Of a stretch of DNA of 60,754 nt, positions 45,458-55,053 are shown in pieces (the first letter of the stretch is position 1; the number at the start of each line of letters is the position of its first letter). The position numbers and the translations under genes are program-made. Below the pieces are notes generated by a model that worked only from the letters and a program-made list of their open reading frames with translations, was not told the origin of the DNA and searched no databases. The DNA is from Parcubacteria group bacterium (GTDB lineage: Bacteria; Patescibacteriota; Minisyncoccia; Phycocordibacterales; Phycocordibacteraceae): the NCBI GenBank assembly GCA_028286945.1, contig JAQBQR010000005.1, positions 1 through 60,754 on the forward strand, read 5' to 3'.

Positions 45458-46279
45458 TTGCTAGCATCACGCATAATTGACTTACCGGTCAGTAAGCGTA
45501 TAAAGATTTTGGAGCACTTCGTCGCAGCAGAAAGGGATTCCGCCTTTTCTGCTGCGACGAAGTCATATGACGGTGTCTTAAATGCCATACCGGCTGCAGC
45601 AATTATATGGGGATGCCTCACCATGGCTGACTCTTCTGAAATGCGTGCATTGGGAATCGCGGCACACTTTGCTAATGTTTTTGCTAAAGAAGGAGGGACC
45701 CTGGACATGTTGAACTGGGTTGCTCACGAACCTGCGAGAATGCAGCAGATTGTGCAGATTGCCGATACCTGGCTTCTGGTACGTGGGAGCTCGGTCAGGA
45801 TCAAGATCGCTTATTGTGGGACGTATAACCCGCGAGAATTCTTCACGATCGGAGAACATAACGGCGTACGAATCGTTCGTGTCATTGGAAACGTGGAGAT
45901 GTTCGCTCCTGATGAAACGAGACCGATCCAAAGCATTTCCCTCGTACCCTATACGGCGCGTAAGTCGACAAATCTCTCCGCAGTATTCAATGAGGTCAAT
46001 CGACTCAAAGAGGCTGAGGTGACGTCGGTCGACCATGTGCGAGCAGCGCTCGTGTTATCAGCGCAATCGCGCGAAAATCCTATCCTCGCGATGGACGGGA
46101 ACGTGAATCAGTTTTACGTCCCTCACAAGGTTCGAATTGGAGTGGTGCATTTCCCTGTGCGGCTCACCTACATACTGGATGAACGTGGCTGGGAACTCGA
46201 TGTTCCCATGAGTATGGGGACTGGCGATATTGTTCGTCAGGGCACCCGCATCATCCTCGATGGAGACAAGAGCCAATAG
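45458..46279 (+). CDS. Hypothetical protein (start uncertain)
   Basis: 273-aa ORF opening on TTG, with several internal ATGs as alternative starts. Followed by the hairpin gggggccgcg-tga-ccgcggcccc. I recognise no family. Confidence 0.4.
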   Translation: MLASRIIDLPVSKRIKILEHFVAAERDSAFSAATKSYDGVLNAIPAAAIIWGCLTMADSSEMRALGIAAHFANVFAKEGGTLDMLNWVAHEPARMQQIVQIADTWLLVRGSSVRIKIAYCGTYNPREFFTIGEHNGVRIVRVIGNVEMFAPDETRPIQSISLVPYTARKSTNLSAVFNEVNRLKEAEVTSVDHVRAALVLSAQSRENPILAMDGNVNQFYVPHKVRIGVVHFPVRLTYILDERGWELDVPMSMGTGDIVRQGTRIILDGDKSQ

Positions 46280-46377
46280 TTTGAACATGGATGGGGGCCG
46301 CGTGACCGCGGCCCCTTTTTGATTTGTATAGGAATAATCAAAGCCTTTTAATCCTGAATACTTGCTATAGTTTTTAC

Positions 46378-46992
46378 ATGGAACTCACTCTGGCTATTGC
46401 TGTTGGCGTAAGTATGGAATTACTTGTTATCGGTGGGGCTCTCGCCGCTTATACCGACCGGTTCTTCTTCGTTTCTCAGATGAAAGAACGCGGAATTGCT
46501 CAGGGATTTCCGTTTGTGATACACGGAGGCATGTGGAGCGATTTCTTTATAATTTCTCCGCTTGCTGCATTTCTTATCTATTCATACGCAACTCAATGGA
46601 CTGTAGCGGAATGGATAACTGCGGGAGTTGTGGGAGTAATCGTTAGTCTTTTACTTCATTTCTTGGTCTATATAAAAGGAGAGTTGCCTGGGTCTCACGG
46701 ATACGATGGTAAAACTACGGTGGCAGGGTGGTTGCATATCATCTATACCGCTGTTGCTCTTGCAGTCTTAGCTCTCTTTTATTTTTCTACCGCCGGTATA
46801 CGTCATAACGTGCTGGGCATTGTTTCTGTAATTCTTGCATTGCATCCATCTATACCTCTGATAGGCCAGGCGCTCGCGAACAAGTACGGGCCTGACTGGT
46901 TTCCAGAAAATCCTTTCAAGATTCCTGGTATATGGCTAGCACTCGTTGTGATTTGGCTGTTCATTGTCTGGAGATGTCTTGCTCTTTGGTAA
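46378..46992 (+). CDS. Hypothetical polytopic membrane protein
   Basis: Start MELTLAIAVGV. Five or six hydrophobic helices. Confidence 0.5.
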   Translation: MELTLAIAVGVSMELLVIGGALAAYTDRFFFVSQMKERGIAQGFPFVIHGGMWSDFFIISPLAAFLIYSYATQWTVAEWITAGVVGVIVSLLLHFLVYIKGELPGSHGYDGKTTVAGWLHIIYTAVALAVLALFYFSTAGIRHNVLGIVSVILALHPSIPLIGQALANKYGPDWFPENPFKIPGIWLALVVIWLFIVWRCLALW

Positions 46993-47042
46993 AAATATCT
47001 ACAATACAAATTTATCTAAAGCTAGAAAATAAATTAGAACCA

Positions 47043-47912
47043 CTAAAGATCTTTCTCAATTCCGTTACGCAAAGTCGTGAATCGACGTTGAAGAGTCTCA
47101 GTATCCTTTTTGAAATTCTTATTCTGCTCCCACCATTCCGGGTTTGATGCAGTAGCCATTATGATGTGCTCAAGAGTATCTAAATCTTCCGAGGATAGCG
47201 CGTGCATCTCGCTCCATAACTCAACGTCCTTATCATCGTAGTCGCGCATATACCAAAGTTTAAAAAGCAGATGTCGAGCAGGATGAGAGAGTGTTAGCGG
47301 AGTGTCGTCTATACTCGTACTTGACCCTTCTAACCATTCTTTCGGATACGACAATCCTCGCTCGGTAGGATTACCATCAGTGTCCGTATCGATAACAGAG
47401 ACTTGCATGCGTACCAAATCAGTATCGGTGCGAATATTTCCTTGCTCGTCTATTGCAGCTATGTAGGGAATCTCGCGCACATCATTCAGAGTCCTGCGCG
47501 AGAATGTGGCATTTCCTATTCTGCGGAATGTACGCGCTTCGCCATTCTTACTTTGTAGAAAAAGAGCATACCCTTGTTCCTTGAGGTAAGTTTCAAGAGC
47601 GGGTAGTTCATCTCGCAATACAGATATATCAATATCGGAATGGGCGCCTATATAATCACCACCTACTTCTTTTTGACGTAATGAAAGGGGCAGCGATCCA
47701 TCAAGTTGCCACCATAGATGAGAATCGTTCATTAGCTTCCCGAGAGCAGTTAGCCTTGCCTCAGTTTGCTCTCTTTCGATATCGGTAATTGCTGGTCGTT
47801 CGGGCCCGTCAGGCTGGAACGTCTTGCCCAGTTCCGACTTTGATTTTTCCTGAATAACCGGTTCTGTAGTGCCTTTAGGCCATTCATTACTCATGTGTTT
47901 ATTGTACTTCAA
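47043..47912 (-). CDS. Hypothetical protein, possible nucleotidyltransferase fold
   Basis: WWQLDGSLPLSLRQ...GAHSDIDISV loosely resembles the GS-x(n)-DxD NTase motif. This is weak evidence. Confidence 0.3.
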   Translation of the reverse strand: MKYNKHMSNEWPKGTTEPVIQEKSKSELGKTFQPDGPERPAITDIEREQTEARLTALGKLMNDSHLWWQLDGSLPLSLRQKEVGGDYIGAHSDIDISVLRDELPALETYLKEQGYALFLQSKNGEARTFRRIGNATFSRRTLNDVREIPYIAAIDEQGNIRTDTDLVRMQVSVIDTDTDGNPTERGLSYPKEWLEGSSTSIDDTPLTLSHPARHLLFKLWYMRDYDDKDVELWSEMHALSSEDLDTLEHIIMATASNPEWWEQNKNFKKDTETLQRRFTTLRNGIEKDL

Positions 47913-47986
47913 TTAATAGACAGGATAGGTAGCCACATTTAAAGCAGAAAACCGCTCAAAAAGCGGTTTTCTTTTCTTCTATATCG

Positions 47987-48416
47987 GTGGAGGTGGGGAG
48001 AATTGAACCCCCGTCCGTATCTGCTCTTGAGAACGAGTCTACGACGCGTAGCTCATATTAAGGGTTCGGCAGAAGAATAAGAACATGAGCGAAAACGCTT
48101 CTGCTAAAGCCCGTTGTTTAAACGAATCTGTTGGGCACCAGAACGTCGATCCTGTAGAAGATTCCGCCCTCTCTATTCGCTACAGAAACCGAATTGGGAA
48201 GACGTCGCTAAGCGAGGCGAGCCCGAAGGCTCAAGCCTTACGCAGTAACGAACGCAAAGTTGAAGTCACTCATCGCGAACGGTGAGAGGACACTCTTCTT
48301 TACGCTTGCAACAGTTTTGTTTGCAAGTATTGGTTGATGCGTTGGTATGGCGAGTCAGCATCTTCTCCCGCGTCGCACGTTTCTCAAGGTGCAAACCGTC
48401 AAAGCCGGTCACCCCC
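47987..48416 (-). ncRNA. ssrA: tmRNA (transfer-messenger RNA)
   Basis: On the minus strand the 5' end is GGGGGUGACCGGCUUUGACGG and the 3' end is GGACGGGGGUUCAAUUCUCCCCACCUCCACC. The acceptor stem carries a G3:U pair. Lies immediately downstream of smpB. A full CCA is not encoded. Confidence 0.88.
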
Positions 48417-48469
48417 AGGCTCCATTCATACAGGAGTATGAATGGAGCCTGCGAGCGGCCCGCACTGCA

Positions 48470-48916
48470 CTATTTTTTAGCGCGCATCGCCCTATCCATT
48501 TCGCGTTGTGCATCTTTACGCTTGAGTGACTCGCGCTTATCAGATGCATTCTTTCCGCGAACAATGGCGATACGTACCTTCAAATACCTGCCTGCATTAT
48601 ACACTTCTAAAGGCACTATTGTCAATCCCTTCTTTGCCTCGTTTTCGCCTAGCTGCATGAGCTCGCTCTTCTTTAGGAGCAATCGACGGTTACGTTCTGG
48701 GTCATATCCTGCGGGCGTGTTTGCCTGCTGGTATGCAGGGAGCGACATGCCCACGATGAACGCTTCACCTCCACGTACCACCACGCGGGAACCTTCAAGA
48801 GAGCCCTGCTTATTTCGCAGAACCTTCACCTCCGGACCGCTAAGCTCAAGGCCTGCCGTGAACGTTTCTAAGACCTCGTACTTAAGGCCTGCCTTTTTGT
48901 ATTGGATGAGCGCCAT
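48470..48916 (-). CDS. smpB: SsrA-binding protein SmpB
   Basis: YEVLETFTAGLELSGPEVKVLR, KKGLTIVPLEVY and RGKNASDKRE. Confidence 0.93.
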   Translation of the reverse strand: MALIQYKKAGLKYEVLETFTAGLELSGPEVKVLRNKQGSLEGSRVVVRGGEAFIVGMSLPAYQQANTPAGYDPERNRRLLLKKSELMQLGENEAKKGLTIVPLEVYNAGRYLKVRIAIVRGKNASDKRESLKRKDAQREMDRAMRAKK

Positions 48917-48956
48917 GGTTTCAGAATCGCATTAATCGGCGTATAATCAAGCGACT

Positions 48957-50930
48957 ATGGCACCAAAAGCACCAACCGAGAAAACTCAAAACAAGAACGA
49001 AAAGAAAGATAGTAAGAAAGGAAAGAAGGATTCAAAGAATCCGCTTGCTTCACTTATGCCGGGAGGACCAGGTTTCTTCACGAATTTAGTGACCACCGTG
49101 GTGGTGTTCTTGCTCCTTATGAGTGCGTACTCCGTGATTCAGTCGCATATGAAATCGGTTTCGACCATTTCGCTTACCCAGGTAGCGAATGATGTGCGTG
49201 CAGGGAAGGTAGAGAATATTTCTATTGAAGGAGATAACGTTACCCTTGCGTACGCAGACGGTTCACACAAGAAAGCAATGAAGGACCCAAGCCAGGGTCT
49301 TACTGAAACACTTGCCGCATACGGCACGACACCTGACCAGCTTTCTGGAGTAAACATCACCATCGCGAGCGAATCAGGTTTCCGTTTCTGGTTCTCAGCG
49401 CTTGCACCGATTCTTCTGCCAATCCTTTTGCTCGGCATTCTGTTCTTCTTCTTGATGCGACAGGTGCGCGGTGCCGGGATGCAGGCATTCACGTTCGGTC
49501 AAAGCAAAGCACGTCTTACGGATCCTGCTGATCTTAATACCCGCGTAACGTTTGCAGACGTTGCTGGTGCGAAGGAAGCAAAAGAAGAACTCATGGAGAT
49601 CGTGGACTTCTTGAAGAATCCTAAAAAGTTCCTGGACATTGGCGCACGTATTCCTAAAGGCATCATGCTTATGGGTGCTCCGGGTACCGGAAAGACGCTG
49701 CTCGCGCGCGCTGTGGCTGGTGAAGCCGGCGTTCCATTCCTTTCAATATCCGGTTCTGAATTCGTTGAAATGTTCGTGGGAGTGGGTGCATCACGCGTAC
49801 GTGATCTTTTCCAGCTCGCAAAGCGCTCAAGTCCTGCGATCATTTTCGTTGATGAGATCGACGCCGTGGGACGTGTTCGCGGTTCAGGTGTGGGAGGAGG
49901 GAATGACGAACGTGAGCAGACACTTAACCAAATCCTCGTGGAGATGGATGGGTTCGAGCCCACTGAAAAAGTGATTGTTATGGCTGCAACAAACCGCCCT
50001 GACGTTCTAGATCCCGCACTTCTTCGTCCAGGACGCTTTGATCGCCGCGTAACCATCGACCTTCCAGATCGAAAAGATCGTCTTGAAATTCTCAAAGTGC
50101 ATGCACGAAAGAAGCCACTTGGCGCTGATGTGGTACTTGAGGTCATTGCTGAACGCACTTCAGGCTTCTCAGGCGCTGAACTCTATTCACTTATGAATGA
50201 AGGCGCAATCCTCGCTGCTCGCGAGAATCGTAAAGAAATCACGCAGTATGATCTTATTCGTTCGATTGAAAAAGTAATGCTCGGTCCGGAACGAAAGTCT
50301 CATCTGCTTGGCAAAAAACAGAAGCGTCTTACCGCATACCACGAGGCAGGTCATGCCTTGGTATCAAGCGTGCTTCCGAACTCAGATCCTGTGCACAAAA
50401 TATCTATCATCAGCCGTGGACGGGCGGCAGGATACACCATCAAGCTTCCATTTGAAGACAGTAAACTGCAGTCAAAGAAAGAATTTCTTGATGATATTGC
50501 AACGATGCTCGGCGGATTCGTGGCAGAAGAGATGGTCTTTGGGGACGTTACAACGGGGCCATCAAATGATTTGGCCGTTGCCACCGCACTTGCTCGTGAC
50601 ATGGTGTCTCGATACGGTATGAGCGACAAGGTGGGTCCTGTAGCGTTTGCGACGGATCAGAACTATCGCAGCGAAACGTATTCTCAGGAAATTGCTGCAA
50701 CGATGGACAGCGAGGTACGACGTATCATCGAAGAGGCTAAGGAGAAGGCGCGTGAAGTTCTTACCACGCACCGTGCCGCTCTGGACTCTATCTCAGAGGA
50801 ACTGGTAAAGATCGAGACGATGGAGCGTGAGCAATTTGAACAACTCCTTATCCTTAACGGCATTGCGCCAAAGAAAAAGGAAGAGGAAGAAACACTTCCT
50901 GCCCTTAATGCGGATGCGACTGCTGCGTAA
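48957..50930 (+). CDS. ftsH: ATP-dependent zinc metalloprotease FtsH
   Basis: Two TM helices, Walker A GAPGTGKT, Walker [12 protein letters not shown] region and zinc site HEAGHAL. Confidence 0.96.
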   Translation: MAPKAPTEKTQNKNEKKDSKKGKKDSKNPLASLMPGGPGFFTNLVTTVVVFLLLMSAYSVIQSHMKSVSTISLTQVANDVRAGKVENISIEGDNVTLAYADGSHKKAMKDPSQGLTETLAAYGTTPDQLSGVNITIASESGFRFWFSALAPILLPILLLGILFFFLMRQVRGAGMQAFTFGQSKARLTDPADLNTRVTFADVAGAKEAKEELMEIVDFLKNPKKFLDIGARIPKGIMLMGAPGTGKTLLARAVAGEAGVPFLSISGSEFVEMFVGVGASRVRDLFQLAKRSSPAIIFVDEIDAVGRVRGSGVGGGNDEREQTLNQILVEMDGFEPTEKVIVMAATNRPDVLDPALLRPGRFDRRVTIDLPDRKDRLEILKVHARKKPLGADVVLEVIAERTSGFSGAELYSLMNEGAILAARENRKEITQYDLIRSIEKVMLGPERKSHLLGKKQKRLTAYHEAGHALVSSVLPNSDPVHKISIISRGRAAGYTIKLPFEDSKLQSKKEFLDDIATMLGGFVAEEMVFGDVTTGPSNDLAVATALARDMVSRYGMSDKVGPVAFATDQNYRSETYSQEIAATMDSEVRRIIEEAKEKAREVLTTHRAALDSISEELVKIETMEREQFEQLLILNGIAPKKKEEEETLPALNADATAA

Positions 50931-50994
50931 TTGCGGTTGTGAATGGAAGAAAGCGGCGCACAAAGTGCGCCGCAGGTAGGGGACAGGGTAGTTT

Positions 50995-51050
50995 AAAAGC
51001 CAACATCGTATATTTGCAATTTAGTTGCGTTTATACGATGTTGGCTTTTT
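50995..51050 (+). terminator. Long-stem terminator after ftsH
   Basis: aaaagccaacatcgtata ... tatacgatgttggctttt followed by T residues. Confidence 0.6.
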
Positions 51051-51109
51051 CGGCACCCTCAAACTCTATATAGAAGACAAAGGGACTTCGAGCAAGTGTT
51101 AACTCAGCT

Positions 51110-51138
51110 TTTACGCAAATTCATACAAAAGGTATAGT
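51110..51138 (+). promoter_or_regulatory. Sigma70-like promoter for the tRNA
   Basis: TTTACG, 17-nt spacer, TATAGT. The -10 box ends 6 nt before the first tRNA base. Confidence 0.4.
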
Positions 51139-51144
51139 GAATGG

Positions 51145-51218
51145 GCGCCCTTAGCTCAGTTGGTTAGAGCACGGAGCTTATACCTCCGCGGTCCTTGGTT
51201 CGAGTCCAAGAGGGCGCA
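51145..51218 (+). tRNA. tRNA-Ile, anticodon UAU
   Basis: Manual cloverleaf: acceptor GCGCCCU/AGGGCGC, D arm GCUC-AGUUGGUUA-GAGC, anticodon arm CGGAG-CUUAUAC-CUCCG, variable loop CGGUC, T arm CUUGG-UUCGAGU-CCAAG, discriminator A. No encoded CCA. Confidence 0.8.
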
Positions 51219-51222
51219 CATT

Positions 51223-52152
51223 ATGGAATTGCCGATTGAATTCACTGAATTGTATCGGCATTGGTCAGGGCACGTTGCCAGGCCCGCACGCACCACTGCC
51301 ACAGAGGTATTCGAAGACATTGCCCTTTTTGATGCGATTTCTGCGTTCATTCGCCTGCGTATTTCAATATGGGATAAGAAATACCGAGGCGAAAAGGCAC
51401 CCTACACGGATGACCCGATTCTGAGGAAGTACCGCTTCTGCAATATGTTCCGCGAGTTTGATCGCCAGACTATTGAATTCCATACGCTTTTAAATCCCAT
51501 AAGAAATGATTTTCCGCTTTGGCTACTCAACATGTTTTATTTCCGTATGGTTGCGCGTACCCAGACAGTGCAAGACGTAGGATTACTTTCGTTTGATGTA
51601 GATGAAAATGAAGCATTACAGAAAAGATTTTTAGCATCACCGCGCCCGCGATATGGCACGCCGTATGTTTTCCCAGTCAGTACAATCATGCGTAGCGCTA
51701 CGCCTACAAGAGAAACATTTATAACGGAATATCTGCCAAGCATCATGCAGACGGTGGCAAAGGAAATCATTAGCTGGAAAAAGCTTTCGGTAGCGGAAGG
51801 AGTACAAAAGATACTTCCACTATTTGGATTCAATCTGCATTTCCTTTGGACCGAGGTACTTATTGATGTGGCATATCAATTTCCCGAATATCTAGACTTA
51901 TTTAAAACATTCCCTGTGGGTCCAGGTTCACTGCCGACGATGCGTCGGATTAATTCCGCAACAGAGCCGTCAGAGCTTGCGGTTCGGCTCGGAGAACTCT
52001 CCTTTGATTCAGGCATATGCATCAATGGCGCACCGATTGTACTTTCAGCTGAGAACTGGGAAGGCGTCGGCTGCGAATTTCGCAAATACACCAACCTTAG
52101 TGAGGGGAAGGGTAGAAAGCGTTTATATAAGCAGTCCACCATATCGATTTAA
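51223..52152 (+). CDS. aGPT-pyrophosphorylase-like protein (putative DNA base hypermodification family)
   Basis: I chose ATG 51223 because the tracked ORF start overlaps the tRNA. RLRISIWDKKYRGEKAPYTDDPILRKYRFCNMFREFDRQTIEF matches my recollection of the family N-terminal pattern (W..R..G...PWTDDPIL...FTNVFR.LD). No search was run. Confidence 0.45.
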   Translation: MELPIEFTELYRHWSGHVARPARTTATEVFEDIALFDAISAFIRLRISIWDKKYRGEKAPYTDDPILRKYRFCNMFREFDRQTIEFHTLLNPIRNDFPLWLLNMFYFRMVARTQTVQDVGLLSFDVDENEALQKRFLASPRPRYGTPYVFPVSTIMRSATPTRETFITEYLPSIMQTVAKEIISWKKLSVAEGVQKILPLFGFNLHFLWTEVLIDVAYQFPEYLDLFKTFPVGPGSLPTMRRINSATEPSELAVRLGELSFDSGICINGAPIVLSAENWEGVGCEFRKYTNLSEGKGRKRLYKQSTISI

Positions 52153-52230
52153 ATCCTGACAGGACGTGATAGCGTATAGGGAAGGTTCCTGTCCTCACGT
52201 AAATCGTTACCCACATAATCCCTCGTTTCT

Positions 52231-54177
52231 ATGAAGTCTGAATCCTTTCACCCTGCAGGCACTCCGTCTGAAAAAGGTCCTGAACCAGTAATGCCAGGCG
52301 TTAACCCTGACCGCGTAAAGTTTGATGATTCTCAAAAGGTAGAAACAGTGATTGAGCCTGCGCGAACGGAACAGGAGGTATACAACCATCGCTTTGTTGA
52401 GCATGGAGGAGAATTACGTGTAGAAAAAGTAGGAGGGATGCGCGCCGGTGCATTTGTTCGCCGCATGCTTCCTGCCTTTGCACTCCTCGGCGTTGCAACA
52501 AATGCGGGCGTTGAATACTCAAGAGGGGAGACAGCGGATACTGCTCGAACGGAACGAGTAATGAATGCGCTTGATACGGTAGATGTGGAGACTATTGCTC
52601 GCCAGGCTCAGGACGAAGTCTGTAACGTTGTCGACGCTCAATTTATGCAGCGATTCACCACACTCGATGAAAATGGGAAAGAAGTAGTAAATCCAGGTGC
52701 AGTCGTCATTCCATTTGCGGTTGCGGTAAACAGCGAATGTAAAACAAAAGTGGATGTACAGGTACGAGTGCCCTATCACTTCGCGCGTACCTTCCGGGAG
52801 ATTTCAGCCGCGCATCCAGAGAGGCGTGCAGAAATGGCAGAGAAGCTCGCTGGTTTTATAAAACAAGAAATCAAAAATCAGCTGGTGGTGCACGGCATTG
52901 CCGGGGTAACGGGTTCAAAACTCGTATATGACCGTGAGAATGGCAGTGTTACCCGAGAGGCAGACATTGATCTGGGCAAGTTTGAGGTTTCTGATATTTC
53001 AGCGACAGGATTCGCTTCGGCCGAAGCGGAAGCGAGCAGCAGTGATGCCGGTCCCGCAAGCCTCACCCATCCAAACGAAGAAAATGCGCAGCTCGCTGGT
53101 AAACGTCTTAACGATATGATGCCACTCCTCAAGGACGCGTTCACACGTTCGGGAGTAAACGCAGAAACTATCTCTTCGATCAGAGAGATAAGCTACGAAC
53201 GTAACTTAGTAGATGGTGAGGTTGCTTCGCTTGCTGCTATTTCTCATGATGTGCTGGGAGAAACAGTGACGAATGACGATGAGCATTCCGCCTATGAATT
53301 GGTGCAAGAGATTAATGATGGGAATCCGATAGTACTCGAAGCAATCAGTGCTAATCCAGAGTATGCAGAAACGGTAAAGAAGCTCATTACCGATAACCGC
53401 GGCGTCGTACTTAGTCTTACGGCAGAGACAGATCAGAAAAAGACGGAAGTGTATAACCTGCCAATACCATGGCCACTTTTCTTACTCCTTCTTCCAGGAA
53501 TTCGAGTGAGCCGGGGCGCACGCACCAGCGAGTGGAAGCCGCAGTACCGCAATGTTCACACTGATGCAATAATCCGTAACGATCCTAAGGCCGTTGCCCG
53601 ACGTTTATTCTCAGAAAGCACACCGGAGACTTTGGCAGAGAAGCGTGATTTCAATGAAATCTACGATAGTGTTGGATTGTCAGAACGTCCGATGGATACC
53701 CGACTTCTGCTCGAACATCTTCTGCTTGAAGAAGTGAAACCAAGTCTTGATGAGGCAACGAAAGAACCGATGATTGACTACGAAGAGGCGGTAAATAGTG
53801 TTCGCGAATATCTTATGTCTGATGCCCGTCGCGGGGAAGTCAGCAAAGGTTCCTATGACACTGCGCCAGAAGCAGAACGCAAACTTACCGAAACACTTCT
53901 TAGCATGTGGGAGCGTCACGATGAGGCCACCTATCCAATGCAGGGCATAGATATTAAAACGGTACTTAATTATCGTCATACGCCCTATGTGGTGTATTGG
54001 GCAAAGACGCTTGCTGACCGTTTGGTACCGCTTGCCGAAGAGACAACGACTCGTGAGCAATTCCGTGAACGTTTGCAGGAAGTGATAGCCACATCAGAAG
54101 CAACCCGCGATCTTGAGGGAGGTACGGATCGAAATGTCTTTGTGCGTAGCGACCTTCCGCTACAGGGTAGAAGTTAA
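52231..54177 (+). CDS. Large hypothetical protein (648 aa)
   Basis: Long uninterrupted ORF with hydrophobic segments MLPAFALLGVATNAGV and LPIPWPLFLLLLPGI. I recognise no family. Confidence 0.5.
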   Translation: MKSESFHPAGTPSEKGPEPVMPGVNPDRVKFDDSQKVETVIEPARTEQEVYNHRFVEHGGELRVEKVGGMRAGAFVRRMLPAFALLGVATNAGVEYSRGETADTARTERVMNALDTVDVETIARQAQDEVCNVVDAQFMQRFTTLDENGKEVVNPGAVVIPFAVAVNSECKTKVDVQVRVPYHFARTFREISAAHPERRAEMAEKLAGFIKQEIKNQLVVHGIAGVTGSKLVYDRENGSVTREADIDLGKFEVSDISATGFASAEAEASSSDAGPASLTHPNEENAQLAGKRLNDMMPLLKDAFTRSGVNAETISSIREISYERNLVDGEVASLAAISHDVLGETVTNDDEHSAYELVQEINDGNPIVLEAISANPEYAETVKKLITDNRGVVLSLTAETDQKKTEVYNLPIPWPLFLLLLPGIRVSRGARTSEWKPQYRNVHTDAIIRNDPKAVARRLFSESTPETLAEKRDFNEIYDSVGLSERPMDTRLLLEHLLLEEVKPSLDEATKEPMIDYEEAVNSVREYLMSDARRGEVSKGSYDTAPEAERKLTETLLSMWERHDEATYPMQGIDIKTVLNYRHTPYVVYWAKTLADRLVPLAEETTTREQFRERLQEVIATSEATRDLEGGTDRNVFVRSDLPLQGRS

Positions 54178-55019
54178 CGGGGCAGGATATCCGCAAGCAG
54201 CTCTGAGTTGTAGAACTCTGCGGCAAGAGCGCCGAATGAACGGGTACCGTCTGAAAGGGTGATAGCTGCGCCGCCAATCTGCGGATTAGCGTTTGGTACG
54301 GAGTGTGCGAAGCCGATGTTGTAGAGCGTGGAAATGACGGCAGGTTTGCCCTCGATAGGGAATCCGGCCTTTGCCCACTGTGCCTCAACTTCTTTTATAT
54401 ACAGTCCCGCGTAGAGGTAACTATAGTAATGATCGTGCTGATCAGTCATGCGCGTGAAGCGTACAGCATTAATGTCTGCTGTACCGGCAGGAAAATCCAA
54501 AAGGTGTTCGTACTGTGCTCCTGGATAATATGGTGACGAAGGGTCTTTAAGGTTTGCCTCAACTTGTACGGCAGTTGCTTCCTTCATGCCCATAACGCCC
54601 CATGAGAACTGAGACTGCGGTCCAAGGATCTTGAGAGGATAGAAGAACTTTTTATAGTCTTCGCGGTCAGTAAAGAAAAGGCGGAGCTGTTCCGAAATGA
54701 GGTTCGCAGCAATGATACGAGCGGGAACACCGGAATCGTTTGCAGCGCGATCAATAGTGGCGGTGTCACGACGAATTGCTGCCTCCATGATTGTCCACTC
54801 TTCAGACTGCTGCCACGGGCCGTGATATGCAGCAACGGCCGCCGCGCTCTGTGTGGCAGCGGGTGCTCCAAAGAATGCTTCGCGCTGCACATCAATAATT
54901 CCTTTCTCATTCGTAATACCGAAGCGAATCGCGAAGTATCCGACCGTGAGGAAGAAGCCAATTGCGGCAAAAATATAGACGATTATGAAAAAGATCTGAG
55001 TAAGGATTGAACGTGTCAT
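54174..55019 (-). CDS. Membrane-anchored hypothetical protein
   Basis: N-terminal TM helix ILTQIFFIIVYIFAAIGFFLTVGYFAI followed by a soluble domain. Its stop overlaps the stop of the convergent gene in a TTAA. Confidence 0.5.
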   Translation of the reverse strand: MTRSILTQIFFIIVYIFAAIGFFLTVGYFAIRFGITNEKGIIDVQREAFFGAPAATQSAAAVAAYHGPWQQSEEWTIMEAAIRRDTATIDRAANDSGVPARIIAANLISEQLRLFFTDREDYKKFFYPLKILGPQSQFSWGVMGMKEATAVQVEANLKDPSSPYYPGAQYEHLLDFPAGTADINAVRFTRMTDQHDHYYSYLYAGLYIKEVEAQWAKAGFPIEGKPAVISTLYNIGFAHSVPNANPQIGGAAITLSDGTRSFGALAAEFYNSELLADILPR

Positions 55020-55053
55020 TTCGCCTCAGTGTACGTGAGGCGGGAGGCACCGT

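Noticed and set aside
47913-47986. tmRNA 3' end as an island integration site, with the adjacent NTase-like gene and 45.4-47.9 kb ORFs as cargo.
   Set aside because: I could not find a direct repeat of the ssrA 3' end at lower coordinates, and no integrase is present. This remains an untested idea rather than a finding.
48282-48935. 217-aa plus-strand ORF and smaller ORFs (48085-48285, 48347-48529) across the ssrA/smpB region.
   Set aside because: They are antisense to SmpB or lie within the tmRNA gene. Both of those are strongly supported by conserved sequence features.
51160-51222. Tracked ORF start at 51160 for the aGPT-like gene.
   Set aside because: These codons lie inside the tRNA-Ile gene. 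ATG 51223, just after the tRNA, is the sensible start.
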